Shown: positions 19,051 to 29,739 of the stretch, in pieces | Position numbering within the stretch: position 1 is the stretch's first letter | Layout of the letters: each line of letters begins with the position of its first letter | Assembly (NCBI GenBank): GCA_000320545.1 | Contig: ADNK01000550.1 | Coordinates: 1 to 64,000 of the forward strand | DNA: 64,000 nt | From: Bigelowiella natans CCMP2755 | Lineage: Eukaryota > Protista > Cercozoa | Direction: 5' to 3' | Made by a program: the position numbers and the translations under genes | The notes under the pieces: model-generated | Databases searched by the model: none | Told to the model about the DNA's origin: nothing | The model's input: the letters and a program-made list of their open reading frames with translations, nothing else

Positions 19051-21066
19051 TTATGCTAGCTTAGCCTTGACGAATCCGTTCGCATCGATGTAGAGCTCGC
19101 CGGTAGCCAAGGTGTTAGGGTCTGCCGTGAACGGGTCGTAAGAGGAAGTACCGACCATCATGAACTTACCATGTAACGCGACCTTGCTTGCATCAGCCTT
19201 GATCGCGTGTAGCTCGCTGGCGTTGTAGGTCATTACTGCCTCGGCAGAAGCTTCGTCGATCTTGAAATGGGATTCGCGCAGAGTGCGAGAGCTTTCAAGA
19301 GAAGTGATTCTTGTGTTGTGGCCATCAGTGACAGCCGTTCTAGTTGCAACAGCCTCATTAAGTGCGACAGTGGAGGCAGCCGTGATCGCTGCCTCAGCAT
19401 CAGTTGCACGAGTCACTTCAGCAGCAAGGTCGGCAATGATTGCATCACGTGCAGTGCTGTTTGTCGTGGCAGCAGCGGTATCAGCATCAGCGAACTCTTG
19501 ACGAATTGCAGTGCGGTCGGTTTGCGCCGCGGTGAACAGCGCACTAACGGTCTCGCTAGCAGTCATGTCGCCAAACTTGTCGGCGATCTCCCTGATGGTA
19601 TCAAGAGCGTCGTTGTTCATGTTTGCTGTGAGGTCGGCAAATTCCCCTGCAAGGGTATCATGCAAAGCCTTGTTTGCCGTGACCGTGGCATCAATAGTTG
19701 TAATGCTGGTGTTTTGCGTGGTGTTCATAGCCTCAATTGCAGCAACGCGTGTATCGTTGGTTGAAACGTAAGTGTTGTGTGCGGATTCTGCATCGTCGAT
19801 CCTGACGCCAAGAGCGGTGTCTGCAGAGATGCGAGCAGCTTGCTCAGTGCTGATAGCAGCTGCGTTAACTTGCTCTGCAGCCTCGGCGCGCGCAATTTCA
19901 GCTGTGAGATTCGTGTTAGTGCTGCTGAGTCCAGTGTTAAGAATGGTGAGGTTGAGCGACGCGAAGTCAACATCATCGATGGAAGCGACACCAAAGACAT
20001 CCTCCTTGAAAGACTCGACAGCAGCGTCGTTAGAAGAGACGTAAGTATTAAAAGCCGTGCTAGCGTTAGTAAGAGATTCTGTCAATGTAGCATCGGCAGC
20101 GACACGAGAAGTTGCCTCAGCAGCGATGGCATCTGCGTTGACTTGCTCTGCAGCCTGTGCACGGGCCGCTTCAGCGTCGATGTTTGCCTGAAGAGTAGCG
20201 TCAGCAGCAGCAAATTCACTTCGAATTGCAGCACGGTCTGTCGCGGTGTTGGTAGTCAGAGCGGTAAGGGATCCTTGCAGGGATGCATCAGCTCCCTGGA
20301 AAGCGGTGATGACCTCACTGATCTGGTCGAGAGCTGCATTATCCAACCCTGCTGTCAGTGCATCATAGTCAGATTGGAGGGAGTCGTGCAAAGCCTTGTT
20401 TGCCGTAACCGTGGCAGTCAAAGTAGTGATTGCAGCTGCACGTGCAGCGGCCTCTGCATCGACCTTTGCAGTAGACGAAGTGTCAAGGGCGGTAATTGCA
20501 GTGGCGTTAGCCAGAATTGCACTGTCAGCAGAAGTCTTGTTGTTATCAATGTAAGTGTAGAGATCGTTTGCCTCTTTCAACTTGGAACTTCCGGCTACGA
20601 AATTACCATCGTAGACTACTTGTGAACCCTTCACTTCATAGAGGAGTACATCACCAGTGTCCTTAACTTCTAAAGTATCAAAGTCTCCGTTGCCATCAAC
20701 CGAGGTTTCGAACGACATACCAACGAGGGCAGAGGTACCGAATGAAACCTTTGCCTCCGTCTTCAGTGGTTTCACAGCAACGACCGAGGCACCTGCCTTC
20801 AGAGACTCCTCAGCGCCCTTGTACATGACCAAAGAATCATCAGCGCTCTTGTAAGCAATCGAGGATTTTGCCTCCAAAGTTCCGAGGTCGGCTCCAACAG
20901 CAGCATCGGCTAGTTGCGTAAGATCCTGTCCGAAATTGATCTTCGATTCGTCGTGCACACTCTGAGCCCTCGTAAGAACGCTTCCTCCTACCACAACGGA
21001 TTTGGGGAACTTCGAGAACGCGGTCCCTCCATCCCCACCGATCACGCTTGCTACGGTGACTGTCAT
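19051..21066 (-). CDS. Fibre / tail-fibre-like structural protein (Ala/Thr-rich coiled repeats)
   Basis: Repeats AE.ARA.AAE..NA.AI..E...R.AAD and LD(T/Q)I.E(I/V)..(A/K)F; C-terminal GELYIDANGFVK. Confidence 0.75.
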   Translation of the reverse strand: MTVTVASVIGGDGGTAFSKFPKSVVVGGSVLTRAQSVHDESKINFGQDLTQLADAAVGADLGTLEAKSSIAYKSADDSLVMYKGAEESLKAGASVVAVKPLKTEAKVSFGTSALVGMSFETSVDGNGDFDTLEVKDTGDVLLYEVKGSQVVYDGNFVAGSSKLKEANDLYTYIDNNKTSADSAILANATAITALDTSSTAKVDAEAAARAAAITTLTATVTANKALHDSLQSDYDALTAGLDNAALDQISEVITAFQGADASLQGSLTALTTNTATDRAAIRSEFAAADATLQANIDAEAARAQAAEQVNADAIAAEATSRVAADATLTESLTNASTAFNTYVSSNDAAVESFKEDVFGVASIDDVDFASLNLTILNTGLSSTNTNLTAEIARAEAAEQVNAAAISTEQAARISADTALGVRIDDAESAHNTYVSTNDTRVAAIEAMNTTQNTSITTIDATVTANKALHDTLAGEFADLTANMNNDALDTIREIADKFGDMTASETVSALFTAAQTDRTAIRQEFADADTAAATTNSTARDAIIADLAAEVTRATDAEAAITAASTVALNEAVATRTAVTDGHNTRITSLESSRTLRESHFKIDEASAEAVMTYNASELHAIKADASKVALHGKFMMVGTSSYDPFTADPNTLATGELYIDANGFVKAKLA

Positions 21067-21262
21067 TATGTTTTTTGTGGCGTTTTGTACTTCGGTACTA
21101 TTGCTTTTGTGTGACCAAAAAAAAATACCAAAAACCTTATGAATTAGAAAAAAATATTAGGTCATGTTTGGTTGTAATATTTGTATTTTTTTTCCTAACA
21201 TTATTTTTTTCTCCGGGTGTTCGAGGGTGATTGTGTGTGTTGAATAACGCAAACACGTCACA

Positions 21263-22432
21263 ATGAGCTTCACTGACAAATCATCGTGGGAGCTCGCAGC
21301 AGATTCATTCCTTAAAGATCCTCTCGCTGACTCGGAATTCGTGCGTCTCAACAAAGACCTCAAAAAATGCATGGCACTTGGCATTGAGTCTGAAAAACGC
21401 AAACGCAACGTTTGGGTGTCCAAAAAGATGCGGGTTTGCATCGACAGAGACGAGACATTAAAACAAGAATCTGTAGTGTCTAAGGACAAAACAACTATTG
21501 CAGTAGCAGAAGAAACTCCGATCTGCATTGACGTCATGGTACAACATTCGTCGCAGGGTCAGGTCTTCAAAGTAACCCCCGTGCAGACATTCAACAACAA
21601 ACCCGCTCTCGCGCCATCACCCAACAACGTGCTGTCATCCGATGAATGTAGTGACGAAGAGACAGCGCTCGTTGCCGTTGATTCGTCAAAAGCTATGCGA
21701 GATTCATTGAAATCGTTGCTGTTGTCTTTGGAACAAAAGCTTATAGACCTACGACCCGACGCTACAAGAACACGGGGGCAAAATGCCAAAACCAACGAAA
21801 CACGCCTGCGCGCACACACAGACAGTTGGAAAACAGCAATAAAAAAGTACTGCCAAGAGATGGTCGAGGGCAAGACCTCGATGCGAGCAAAACCGTGGTG
21901 GTTCGTGTTTTACGATGTAAGTTCCAATGCAACATGCAAATGGATTAAAGGTTGGAAAGGCATAGTGTCAAAATTTGCGGAGGTAAAACCCCTTGACATG
22001 TTGTTTTTGGAACTGTCGCCTTCTACTGTGCACTTTGGCGGCTTAGGTCGATGCGCGCAGTTTTATAACCAGATTCCCGAATTGCTATACACAGAAAAGA
22101 TCAAGGACGCGTCGGATTGGCAAACGTCAGCGTACCTGTTGTCTCCTAAAGCCCTAACCTTCGCCATTCAGCTTACGAATCGCATCGAGAACGACACCGA
22201 ATGCAAGATCTTCCCCAAAACAACACGCAACCTCGAGTACGTGCTCCGACTCGTCGAGTCTCGTTTCACCGAAACTGCCTACACTTCTTCGCCGCCACTA
22301 GCGGTAACTGCAAAGCACGACGACCAGGAGTTCTCAGAAAGCGTGCACGACCGCACCGCGCAAACTCTTAGTGCAGCCCCGGACGCCGCTACATTTTATG
22401 GAGCGTTTTACGATTACGAGACTATTTGTTGA
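21263..22432 (+). CDS. Hypothetical protein with degenerate glycosyltransferase family 25-like domain
   Basis: AH..SW...DMLFL...TSAYLLSPKA...Y...PPL in GT25 motif order; EDD motif not conserved. Confidence 0.5.
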   Translation: MSFTDKSSWELAADSFLKDPLADSEFVRLNKDLKKCMALGIESEKRKRNVWVSKKMRVCIDRDETLKQESVVSKDKTTIAVAEETPICIDVMVQHSSQGQVFKVTPVQTFNNKPALAPSPNNVLSSDECSDEETALVAVDSSKAMRDSLKSLLLSLEQKLIDLRPDATRTRGQNAKTNETRLRAHTDSWKTAIKKYCQEMVEGKTSMRAKPWWFVFYDVSSNATCKWIKGWKGIVSKFAEVKPLDMLFLELSPSTVHFGGLGRCAQFYNQIPELLYTEKIKDASDWQTSAYLLSPKALTFAIQLTNRIENDTECKIFPKTTRNLEYVLRLVESRFTETAYTSSPPLAVTAKHDDQEFSESVHDRTAQTLSAAPDAATFYGAFYDYETIC

Positions 22433-22461
22433 TTTATTAGTTAAGTGTCGCATTCCTTCTT

Positions 22462-23022
22462 TTAATATTCAGGCCCATAATACACGCTGATGTGTTTATT
22501 AGCTCTGATCGGCTTTACTGACCAGATGCACAGGTCAAATTTCTGGTTCGACTTCAACGCTTTGATTCGTCGCTTGTCATTGCTTTTGCAGTAGTCGATT
22601 CGGGCGCTGTCTTTGCTTTCTTGCATTGACTTTGCTTTTAGGTTTTTTGTATTTGCGAATGGTCCGTACAAATCGAACCGTTTGTCACTCTTAGCTCCTG
22701 CCTCGGCGATGATTCGGTCAAAATCGGTGTGACAGTACCCATTCTTAACTCTTACCTGGTAATACGCCCTGTGATCGGTGTCGGTGTGTAATAGGTTTCT
22801 ACTTTTGATGCACGGATACTTGGTTATGATCTCATCATCGCCGATCTTTTGAACCGCCTGCAAAGTCATGCCCTTGCGCGGGTTCGGGTCCTTGACCAGG
22901 CGTGCCTTTGCACTGGTTTTGCGATCCGAACGTTGCCGTTTAAGTATTGCCTGTTTCGCAAGCATTACATTTCGTTTGCTTTGTCTAAGACGGGCCCGTC
23001 GCTCTCGATTTGCGTCTGCCAT
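22462..23022 (-). CDS. Divergent SET-domain methyltransferase
   Basis: KGMTLQAVQKI..DEIITKY, GPFAN, KPIRANKHISVYYGPEY; likely start 23022. Confidence 0.7.
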   Translation of the reverse strand: MADANRERRARLRQSKRNVMLAKQAILKRQRSDRKTSAKARLVKDPNPRKGMTLQAVQKIGDDEIITKYPCIKSRNLLHTDTDHRAYYQVRVKNGYCHTDFDRIIAEAGAKSDKRFDLYGPFANTKNLKAKSMQESKDSARIDYCKSNDKRRIKALKSNQKFDLCIWSVKPIRANKHISVYYGPEY

Positions 23023-23090
23023 GGTTGCGTCTTTGTGTTTTGGCTCATGCATGCAACACAGACAAATTGACTGACAAAAAAAAAACATGC

Positions 23091-23960
23091 ATGGCGCAAG
23101 AATATAAGGCAAAAAATGCGTTTTCATTGACAAAGCCACCAGTCCAAACAAAGATGGATGAACTTAACAAGAGATTTGTGCAAATGCAGAAGAACAAGAG
23201 CGCGCCTAAACACATGTACACACCGTACAAACCGCAAACGGTGCTGCAAAGTGTGGTGCACGACCGGGCGCGCAGCAACAGTTCGGGCGGCTTTCACAGG
23301 TATCAGCAAGTGGGTGCCAGAGACACCACAGCGCCGCCGACACGAGAGCAGAAGAACCTCGGTCCGAGCCCCGCCTGGTTTCGGGAGCACAATTTGCACT
23401 CGAGACAAGAATACTTTCAGTGGTTGAAGATGCACCCGGACTGGTTAAAGTCGCACCCTAACTATGCGCATCCAGTGAAACAAGCGCCGGTGCAGCACTG
23501 GGACAACAGCGGCATCATCAACTCCGGACGTCCAGTTCCAAAGGTCGACTGTCACGGGGACGCCATTTGCTTGCTCGCGCAGCGAGGTCAGACACAGATA
23601 AAAACCACTGCCCAACAAATCGCGTACCCCACAACACAGACCGCCGCGAACGACATTCTTTACGACAAACGCGATCCTGAGTTCCGGCACTCGTTCATGG
23701 CTCAGCTACACAAGACCGCTACGCGCGGGGGTGCTGTCCGTGGCAGCAACATTGGGACCGATGCCGCGGAGAATTTGCACCTGCGCTCGGTGCAGCAGCG
23801 CCTCGCTCGCGCGGCCGTAAACTACGCAAACCCTAACGCCGTGTCGAAGATGGCAGACGGCAAAGGAAACCTGAGCATGCACTCCCACGCGTACACGGGC
23901 AACTTCCCGGAACCGTACCACTTTGCTCCCGGGATCAAGTCCGGTAGCTGGGAATATTAG
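23091..23960 (+). CDS. Hypothetical protein
   Basis: ORF 23010..23960; first plausible ATG at 23091 or 23154. Confidence 0.8.
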   Translation: MAQEYKAKNAFSLTKPPVQTKMDELNKRFVQMQKNKSAPKHMYTPYKPQTVLQSVVHDRARSNSSGGFHRYQQVGARDTTAPPTREQKNLGPSPAWFREHNLHSRQEYFQWLKMHPDWLKSHPNYAHPVKQAPVQHWDNSGIINSGRPVPKVDCHGDAICLLAQRGQTQIKTTAQQIAYPTTQTAANDILYDKRDPEFRHSFMAQLHKTATRGGAVRGSNIGTDAAENLHLRSVQQRLARAAVNYANPNAVSKMADGKGNLSMHSHAYTGNFPEPYHFAPGIKSGSWEY

Positions 23961-23976
23961 TGTTGCTGTTTGGTTC

Positions 23977-25809
23977 TCACACAAAGGCCGGGTCCCTGTA
24001 GTCATCCATCTGCTCGCGGAGATTTCGTAGCATGAGGGACCGCGTCAGCTTCTGCACGTTCTTTTCGGGCCCGGCTGCGATCCGGTTAGTGTTCTTAGCC
24101 GTCACCACGCCGAGAAGCGTATTCCACTCCCCCTTCTCGTTCTGATTGTCGCGCGTGTCGTACGGGTCGGTGTTGCGCCGGAGCGGGAAGTAGATCTTTC
24201 CCACAGCTCTCCGGATTCCGGTCAGCATTGTGCTCAGCGCGCCGCTGCTGTTGTCGCCTGCGTTCGCGCCGCTTGTGCCCATGATGCCGATCCCCGTAGA
24301 AGCATGCGGTACCTGCGCCCGCATGGGGCCGTAGTTCCCGCCCGAGATGTGTCGGTCGACCTTATCGTACGGGATCTCTCTTTCATAGGATTCGTTCAGA
24401 GGGGCACGGTTGCGGTCGGCGCTCCCAAGAGTGCGCGAGTGCAGGATGGGCTCCCGCATCCAGTTCTCACCGCGTTGGAAGACCGCGTTGTCAAAAGTGC
24501 CGACCGTCTTCTCCCCTGCGAATGGGATCTTGTTGTAAGAGGCGTTAGTTAACGGGCCGGGGTGTGGGTACTTGGTGAACATGTCGTTCAGGTTGGTGTA
24601 GCGTTCCTGCCTTACCGAGGCGGGATGCATCGTTTGCATCGACTCCGGTCTGAATTCCTTGCTGTTTGGGTTCGCCCCGAGCCTGATGCGCCTGGTCCCG
24701 GTTTGGGCCTGGAAGAAAGCCACGTGCGGGTTCTTGTCGTTCCGCATGGTGCGGCTCTTTAGCTTCGCGAAGTTGTTCAGACGCCACTGGCTCGTGAATT
24801 CGTCGGTCGGGCGCTTGTCTCGCGGGAACTCGGTGTTTTTGATGTTCTTGGGGTAGAATCCCCTTGCATCCGGCGCCCTCTCCGACTGCAGCCGGCTTTC
24901 TCTTTCTTTCGTGGTTTCCTTGATCGTGCTGCTGATGTTGAGAATGGCGTTCTTCGGTTTCTGCAGCGTCGTCCACAAAGGCAGGTTGCGCATGAAACCA
25001 AGCCAGCCGGTCGGCATCGTGGTCGCCTGCTGTTGGACCCCCGACTGCGAAACGTCGAAGTACCGCGGTTTCCGGATCGCGTTGAGTTGCTCGGGGTACC
25101 GGTCGGCGAGGATGCGCTCGGACTCGCTCTGGCGCTGAATGGGCCATTTGCGGTTCTGGCGCACGGGCATCACCTTGCGCTCCCATTCCTTTTTGACCTG
25201 CCCCCACTGCCCTTTTACTACCTTTTCGTATTCCCTCCCGTACTTGTAAGGATCGCGCATGGAGCGGTTGTAGAATGGTCCCTCGCCCACCAGGAGCTTG
25301 AGCGCGTCCTTTTTCAGGTGTGGGGTGCAGTGATTGTAACGGCGCTGGGCGAGCCGCGGGTTGGTGTAGTTGTGCACGCCGTCCATCTCCCGAATGTCTT
25401 CGTGGAAGGTCTCACGGTTGACATCGCCAGCGGACATGACACCGAGAGCGCGCGCGTTGTTGTCTTGTAGGGTGGGGTTCTGCTCCCCTTGCCCTGAAGC
25501 GTTCTGCAGCAGGATTGAGTGCATGTCGTTGCCTTTGTTGGCACGTCCCTCAGCATTCGCCCTGCGCAAAATCGCGCGACCATACCCGTCATTCTGCAGG
25601 ACGTTCGCCGCGGCGGTTTTCTTGTCCTCGGCTTCTTCCTCCTCGTCATCTGAAAAGCTGAACGGGTCTCCTCGACCCTCTTCATCGGCCTGCTTGGCGA
25701 GTATTTCCTGCTCGAGTGTAGGATCGAGTGCGGTGGGCGTCAGCGACGACGCGTCGGTGAGAAGTTCGTAGATGTCTTTGTGCGTTCCATTTGAATTGTA
25801 GCCCGACAT
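23977..25809 (-). CDS. Hypothetical protein (GC-rich, disordered; possibly a virion component)
   Basis: ORF 23977..25890, likely start MSGYNS at 25809. Confidence 0.8.
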   Translation of the reverse strand: MSGYNSNGTHKDIYELLTDASSLTPTALDPTLEQEILAKQADEEGRGDPFSFSDDEEEEAEDKKTAAANVLQNDGYGRAILRRANAEGRANKGNDMHSILLQNASGQGEQNPTLQDNNARALGVMSAGDVNRETFHEDIREMDGVHNYTNPRLAQRRYNHCTPHLKKDALKLLVGEGPFYNRSMRDPYKYGREYEKVVKGQWGQVKKEWERKVMPVRQNRKWPIQRQSESERILADRYPEQLNAIRKPRYFDVSQSGVQQQATTMPTGWLGFMRNLPLWTTLQKPKNAILNISSTIKETTKERESRLQSERAPDARGFYPKNIKNTEFPRDKRPTDEFTSQWRLNNFAKLKSRTMRNDKNPHVAFFQAQTGTRRIRLGANPNSKEFRPESMQTMHPASVRQERYTNLNDMFTKYPHPGPLTNASYNKIPFAGEKTVGTFDNAVFQRGENWMREPILHSRTLGSADRNRAPLNESYEREIPYDKVDRHISGGNYGPMRAQVPHASTGIGIMGTSGANAGDNSSGALSTMLTGIRRAVGKIYFPLRRNTDPYDTRDNQNEKGEWNTLLGVVTAKNTNRIAAGPEKNVQKLTRSLMLRNLREQMDDYRDPAFV

Positions 25810-25886
25810 TGCTGTGTTGTTTTGGTTCGTCTCCGTGACCTCGGACTTTGGGCACATGTGAAAAAAAACATGAGACGTTTTGTATC

Positions 25887-26159
25887 TCACACCATGAATT
25901 CTTCGATAAGAACCGCCTCCTCCTCATCGCTTGATTGTGCGCTCAAAATGTTGAACTCGATCCAGTTTAGATCGCGTTTGCGTTCGGCGAAAGGGCAGTT
26001 TGCTTTCTTTAGGATTCTGTTTTCCATCGTGAGTTTTGCGTTGTCATGACTAAGCTCTTTCATTTTTCTCTGGTACGCGACTGCTTTCTGGTGCAGCTTT
26101 TCGAGACGGCGTTCTGCGTTTTGGCTTCTGATCAAATGCGCTATGATCTCGTACAGCAT
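25887..26159 (-). CDS. Small coiled-coil hypothetical protein
   Basis: 90-aa ORF. Confidence 0.6.
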   Translation of the reverse strand: MLYEIIAHLIRSQNAERRLEKLHQKAVAYQRKMKELSHDNAKLTMENRILKKANCPFAERKRDLNWIEFNILSAQSSDEEEAVLIEEFMV

Positions 26160-26337
26160 CCAAAACGAACGGGTATGGTTTGCAGGCGGTTACCCAATGC
26201 GGTGCCGACATTGATTAGCATTACATTTTATTTTGTGGTAGTAAAGAAATGCTGCTATTCAGACCACCCTTTCCATTGAGCTTTTCGTTTTGCTTATGAT
26301 ACGCATATTTCTCTGCTGCAAAGGCCTAGGAAACAGC

Positions 26338-27381
26338 ATGCGACGGCTATGGACAGACCGATACATTTCGAACGTGACCGACCCCGTCTCGCAAAGCGAG
26401 ATATCGGTGATTTCCTCCACGCCGGTGACACGGGGAGAATTGGCAGTGCATAGAAGCAACGCCATCATACGAGAACAAGCACAATTACAAGAAGAAGAAG
26501 GGCCGCAGAGCCGCAGCAGCAGCGTCATCGTCGACGAAAGAGACATCGAGGAGGACGGGGAGGAAAAAGAGAGCGAAACGAAACGATCCAGTGATCCGTT
26601 CGGTGAGCAAATGTTTTCAAGATTCTTGGGGAACCGGACCCGAACCTTTGTGATTCCATGCTCAAGGACGATGCGGCTGACGGCCCCTCCCGAACGCAAA
26701 CGGATTCACCGTCGACGCGCATGGGTCACGCGAAACTTTGATTTGCCTGGATCTACGATTTCAGTGCACCGCAGCCCGTCCAGCGCCTCGATTCCCAACC
26801 TCGAGACCGCGCGGCGCTCCATTGTTTCAAGGATAGGCGGGCCAGTCGAGCAGCTTCAGACACCGCCGAGAATGCTGCCGGTTTTAGGGTTGAACACACA
26901 ATACAATCATTCGATGTCCATGGCATCCGCTGCCAGTGCCCTGGAAGACCTGGCGCAGCAGCCGTCGCAGGCAACCGAGGTTCCCCGACCACGCGGGGTC
27001 ACGATGCGGAACGTCGTCCGAGCTGTCATTAAAGAGAACTCGGTCCTTGAGAACCGCATTAAACGGCTCGAGGATTGTCTCCGAGAACGGGATGACCAGA
27101 TCGTCATGCTCAAACGCACGATACAGAGAATGGAGGCGAAAGTAGAATCCAAGAATAATCAGCTGAAAACCATGCGGATCATCACCAAAGTGGCGCCGCG
27201 ATCGGCTCTTGTAGGCGCGACTACGTCGGGAACGTCCTCCACGACGCAGGATGTGTTCGTCAGCAAGAAAAATATGCGGACCATTGCGGGGCTTGCGATG
27301 TTCGAGTCGTTCCGCCTGCAGGCGGGCAAGTACAAGCGGCACCAGCAGCGCATGCGAATGCAGCGTCGCCGGCCCAGATGA
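26338..27381 (+). CDS. Hypothetical protein with C-terminal coiled coil
   Basis: ORF 26290..27381; heptads ENSVLENRIKRLEDCLRERDDQI. Confidence 0.75.
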   Translation: MRRLWTDRYISNVTDPVSQSEISVISSTPVTRGELAVHRSNAIIREQAQLQEEEGPQSRSSSVIVDERDIEEDGEEKESETKRSSDPFGEQMFSRFLGNRTRTFVIPCSRTMRLTAPPERKRIHRRRAWVTRNFDLPGSTISVHRSPSSASIPNLETARRSIVSRIGGPVEQLQTPPRMLPVLGLNTQYNHSMSMASAASALEDLAQQPSQATEVPRPRGVTMRNVVRAVIKENSVLENRIKRLEDCLRERDDQIVMLKRTIQRMEAKVESKNNQLKTMRIITKVAPRSALVGATTSGTSSTTQDVFVSKKNMRTIAGLAMFESFRLQAGKYKRHQQRMRMQRRRPR

Positions 27382-27401
27382 CGGCAATATTTTTACAATT
27401 T

Positions 27402-28016
27402 TTATTCCATCATGACCGATAACATGTAGATGTGCTCTGTTTGTTTGGTGTGGTTTTGGCCAATCATAGCGTGAATCAGCGATTTTGCCTTTTCGGACAA
27501 TTCAAGGTCTAGCAACTTCATGAATTGGAGGGTGAAGTCGAGTTTGTTCTTGAAAGGTACGGTGATCTTCTTCAGTTTTGACAGTGTCAGTTTTTCAAAC
27601 TGTTTCATCACTGGCGCGCCGTACATCTTGTACCACTTCCTACACAAAGAATCGTATTTGTCCAGCAAGCTTTTGTTTTGGAAACCTTTGTCATTCCACC
27701 ACTTGTGGCGATTGAGCACATGTGTAAAGTTCTGAAACAACGTCGTGTTCGACCAGCTTTTTCTCTTCTTGCTCAAATGCTCCTGCATTTCATTGCAGAT
27801 GTCCTCTACAATGTCCTCTAGACCCAGTTGCAGCAAAATTTTCATTGGCACATAACACACCATGTTGCTAAAATGATAAAAGTCTTTGCGGTCTAAGTAA
27901 TATTCGTCATTTCTTTTGTCTTTGAGGTAGTTTGTATTGACCTTGTACCCCTCGTATTTCATCTTTAATAGAATTTCGTTGTTTGAATCTTTCCATTTGG
28001 ACACCAAGAATGACAT
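27402..28016 (-). CDS. Hypothetical protein
   Basis: 204-aa ATG ORF, AT-rich codons. Confidence 0.8.
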   Translation of the reverse strand: MSFLVSKWKDSNNEILLKMKYEGYKVNTNYLKDKRNDEYYLDRKDFYHFSNMVCYVPMKILLQLGLEDIVEDICNEMQEHLSKKRKSWSNTTLFQNFTHVLNRHKWWNDKGFQNKSLLDKYDSLCRKWYKMYGAPVMKQFEKLTLSKLKKITVPFKNKLDFTLQFMKLLDLELSEKAKSLIHAMIGQNHTKQTEHIYMLSVMME

Positions 28017-28152
28017 TTAATGCGCTTACGCTTGTGTATGCAAACCGTTCGATTGACCAAGGAAGCAACAACGCCAAACAAAATTTTAATGTTGCGAAAC
28101 AAGGGCACATGGACTATTCACTTGTGTTAGTTACATTGCTTTGATTCAAATT

Positions 28153-28422
28153 CTACATCATCAACTTGTTGTCATGCATGTACTTTAATGTTTTGAGCGT
28201 TTGCATTGCAAGTAGCACCGTCTTCGCGTTGCTAAGGTGCTGCCGGTACGTTGCAATGTAATCTCTGTTCAGACTTCTGAGCATTTTGGCCGAGCAGTTG
28301 CGGTCTTTCATCATTGTCTCGACAACTTTCATGCGTTTGTTGAGAAGCTTTTGTTTTTGTCTAAACTTAAGAAATATCTCCGATCGCTCGAATGCAGCCA
28401 ACAGGGATGATTCAGATGACAT
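28153..28422 (-). CDS. Small hypothetical protein
   Basis: 89-aa ATG ORF. Confidence 0.6.
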   Translation of the reverse strand: MSSESSLLAAFERSEIFLKFRQKQKLLNKRMKVVETMMKDRNCSAKMLRSLNRDYIATYRQHLSNAKTVLLAMQTLKTLKYMHDNKLMM

Positions 28423-28506
28423 GGCTACAAGGAAGTATGAGTTTTGCTTTTGTTTGGTCGCGAGGAATGTGCTGACTTGAACTGTTCGTATGCGTGTGCG
28501 TGTTTT

Positions 28507-28833
28507 TCACGTCAATGCATCAGCAGGAATGTCGGGTTGCACGTCACGTTCTAAGTGAATTGTTGTGTTGGCGACAAAGCCGTTGCAGGAGATTTCGCTA
28601 GAGTCCTTGCGCAGCTCCATCAACTGCATGCGCGTCCATCTATTGATGATGTGTAGAGACGCCGTGAGTTCTGCCATGTCGTGTTTGAGTTTGTCATGTT
28701 TGTTCTCTCTGTGAATCTCATCCTTGCCTCTGTCGTCGGTGCTGTCTAGATTCCAAATCGAATTCGAATGCCATTGAATGTCACGCAATCGCAGATCGTT
28801 GCTGTGTCGTATCATTAGTATGTCCATTTGCAA
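28507..28833 (-). CDS. Small hypothetical protein
   Basis: 108-aa ORF; start uncertain. Confidence 0.5.
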   Translation of the reverse strand: MQMDILMIRHSNDLRLRDIQWHSNSIWNLDSTDDRGKDEIHRENKHDKLKHDMAELTASLHIINRWTRMQLMELRKDSSEISCNGFVANTTIHLERDVQPDIPADALT

Positions 28834-28903
28834 GGAAAACGGAAGGGCGCTATTTGAAATTTCAAAACTGATTCCCGAACAAAAAAAACGGGGTTAGCAA
28901 AAT

Positions 28904-29713
28904 TTAAATGGATGAAATTCTACGCCGCTTGTTCTCTGTGGAGACGACGTGTCTTTGCGCGGATTGCATCTTGTAATCTTCTTCTTCAATGAACGTTATG
29001 CTTTTCCAATCATCGATCAATCGTTTGAAGCTTCGAATGCGATCTATTCTGTGGGTGTGTAGTTGATCGAACGTGAATGTCGCGATGTCCCGGATGACAT
29101 CGAAGTAGCGCATCTTGCGTACATCTATGGCAACATTTCTGTCGTTTTGGTAGATCTGCTGGCAAAGCCTCAGACGGGCCATGAGAACATCGCACCTGCT
29201 ATCTCCCAATTGTTGCAAACATGTTGTGTATTGTTGGTAATTGTCCGTTTTGGGAATGTACATCATCTCTTTGATGTGTTTGCAAAGTTCCAATGTGCTC
29301 CGATTGAGCCCGGATACATCTCTCGTGGTTACCAGGGTGCATGTTTCCGGTCGTTTGGGTAGGAATTCGACCATCCATTTGAAATCGGCAAGAATTTCAT
29401 TGCAGATGCTCGTCATTAGAACGTATAGCATAGTCATTCTTTCATCGCTAAACACCCTGTTCTCCTTTAAAAACTCGACACGGGAGTTCATGATGTTTAT
29501 TGCCTTTCCAACGATGTGTTTCTCGATCCCGATTATCTTTTCAATGAACGACTCCCGAATGTACCACCACTCGCTCGACATCCAGTGCAGCAGCTTCACG
29601 TTGCTACTCGCCTGACGCCATTTCCTGCACACAAGCCGAACCTGCACGCACTCAGGGAACGGCAGGTGTGAAAAAATGACATTGAGCTCGTCGTAGGACA
29701 GTCTGGAAAGCAT
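28904..29713 (-). CDS. F-box protein
   Basis: N-terminal LSRLSYDELNVIFSHLPFPECVQVRLVCRKWR. Confidence 0.85.
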   Translation of the reverse strand: MLSRLSYDELNVIFSHLPFPECVQVRLVCRKWRQASSNVKLLHWMSSEWWYIRESFIEKIIGIEKHIVGKAINIMNSRVEFLKENRVFSDERMTMLYVLMTSICNEILADFKWMVEFLPKRPETCTLVTTRDVSGLNRSTLELCKHIKEMMYIPKTDNYQQYTTCLQQLGDSRCDVLMARLRLCQQIYQNDRNVAIDVRKMRYFDVIRDIATFTFDQLHTHRIDRIRSFKRLIDDWKSITFIEEEDYKMQSAQRHVVSTENKRRRISSI

Positions 29714-29739
29714 GTCCGTCCGATAGGGTAGTTTGAATT

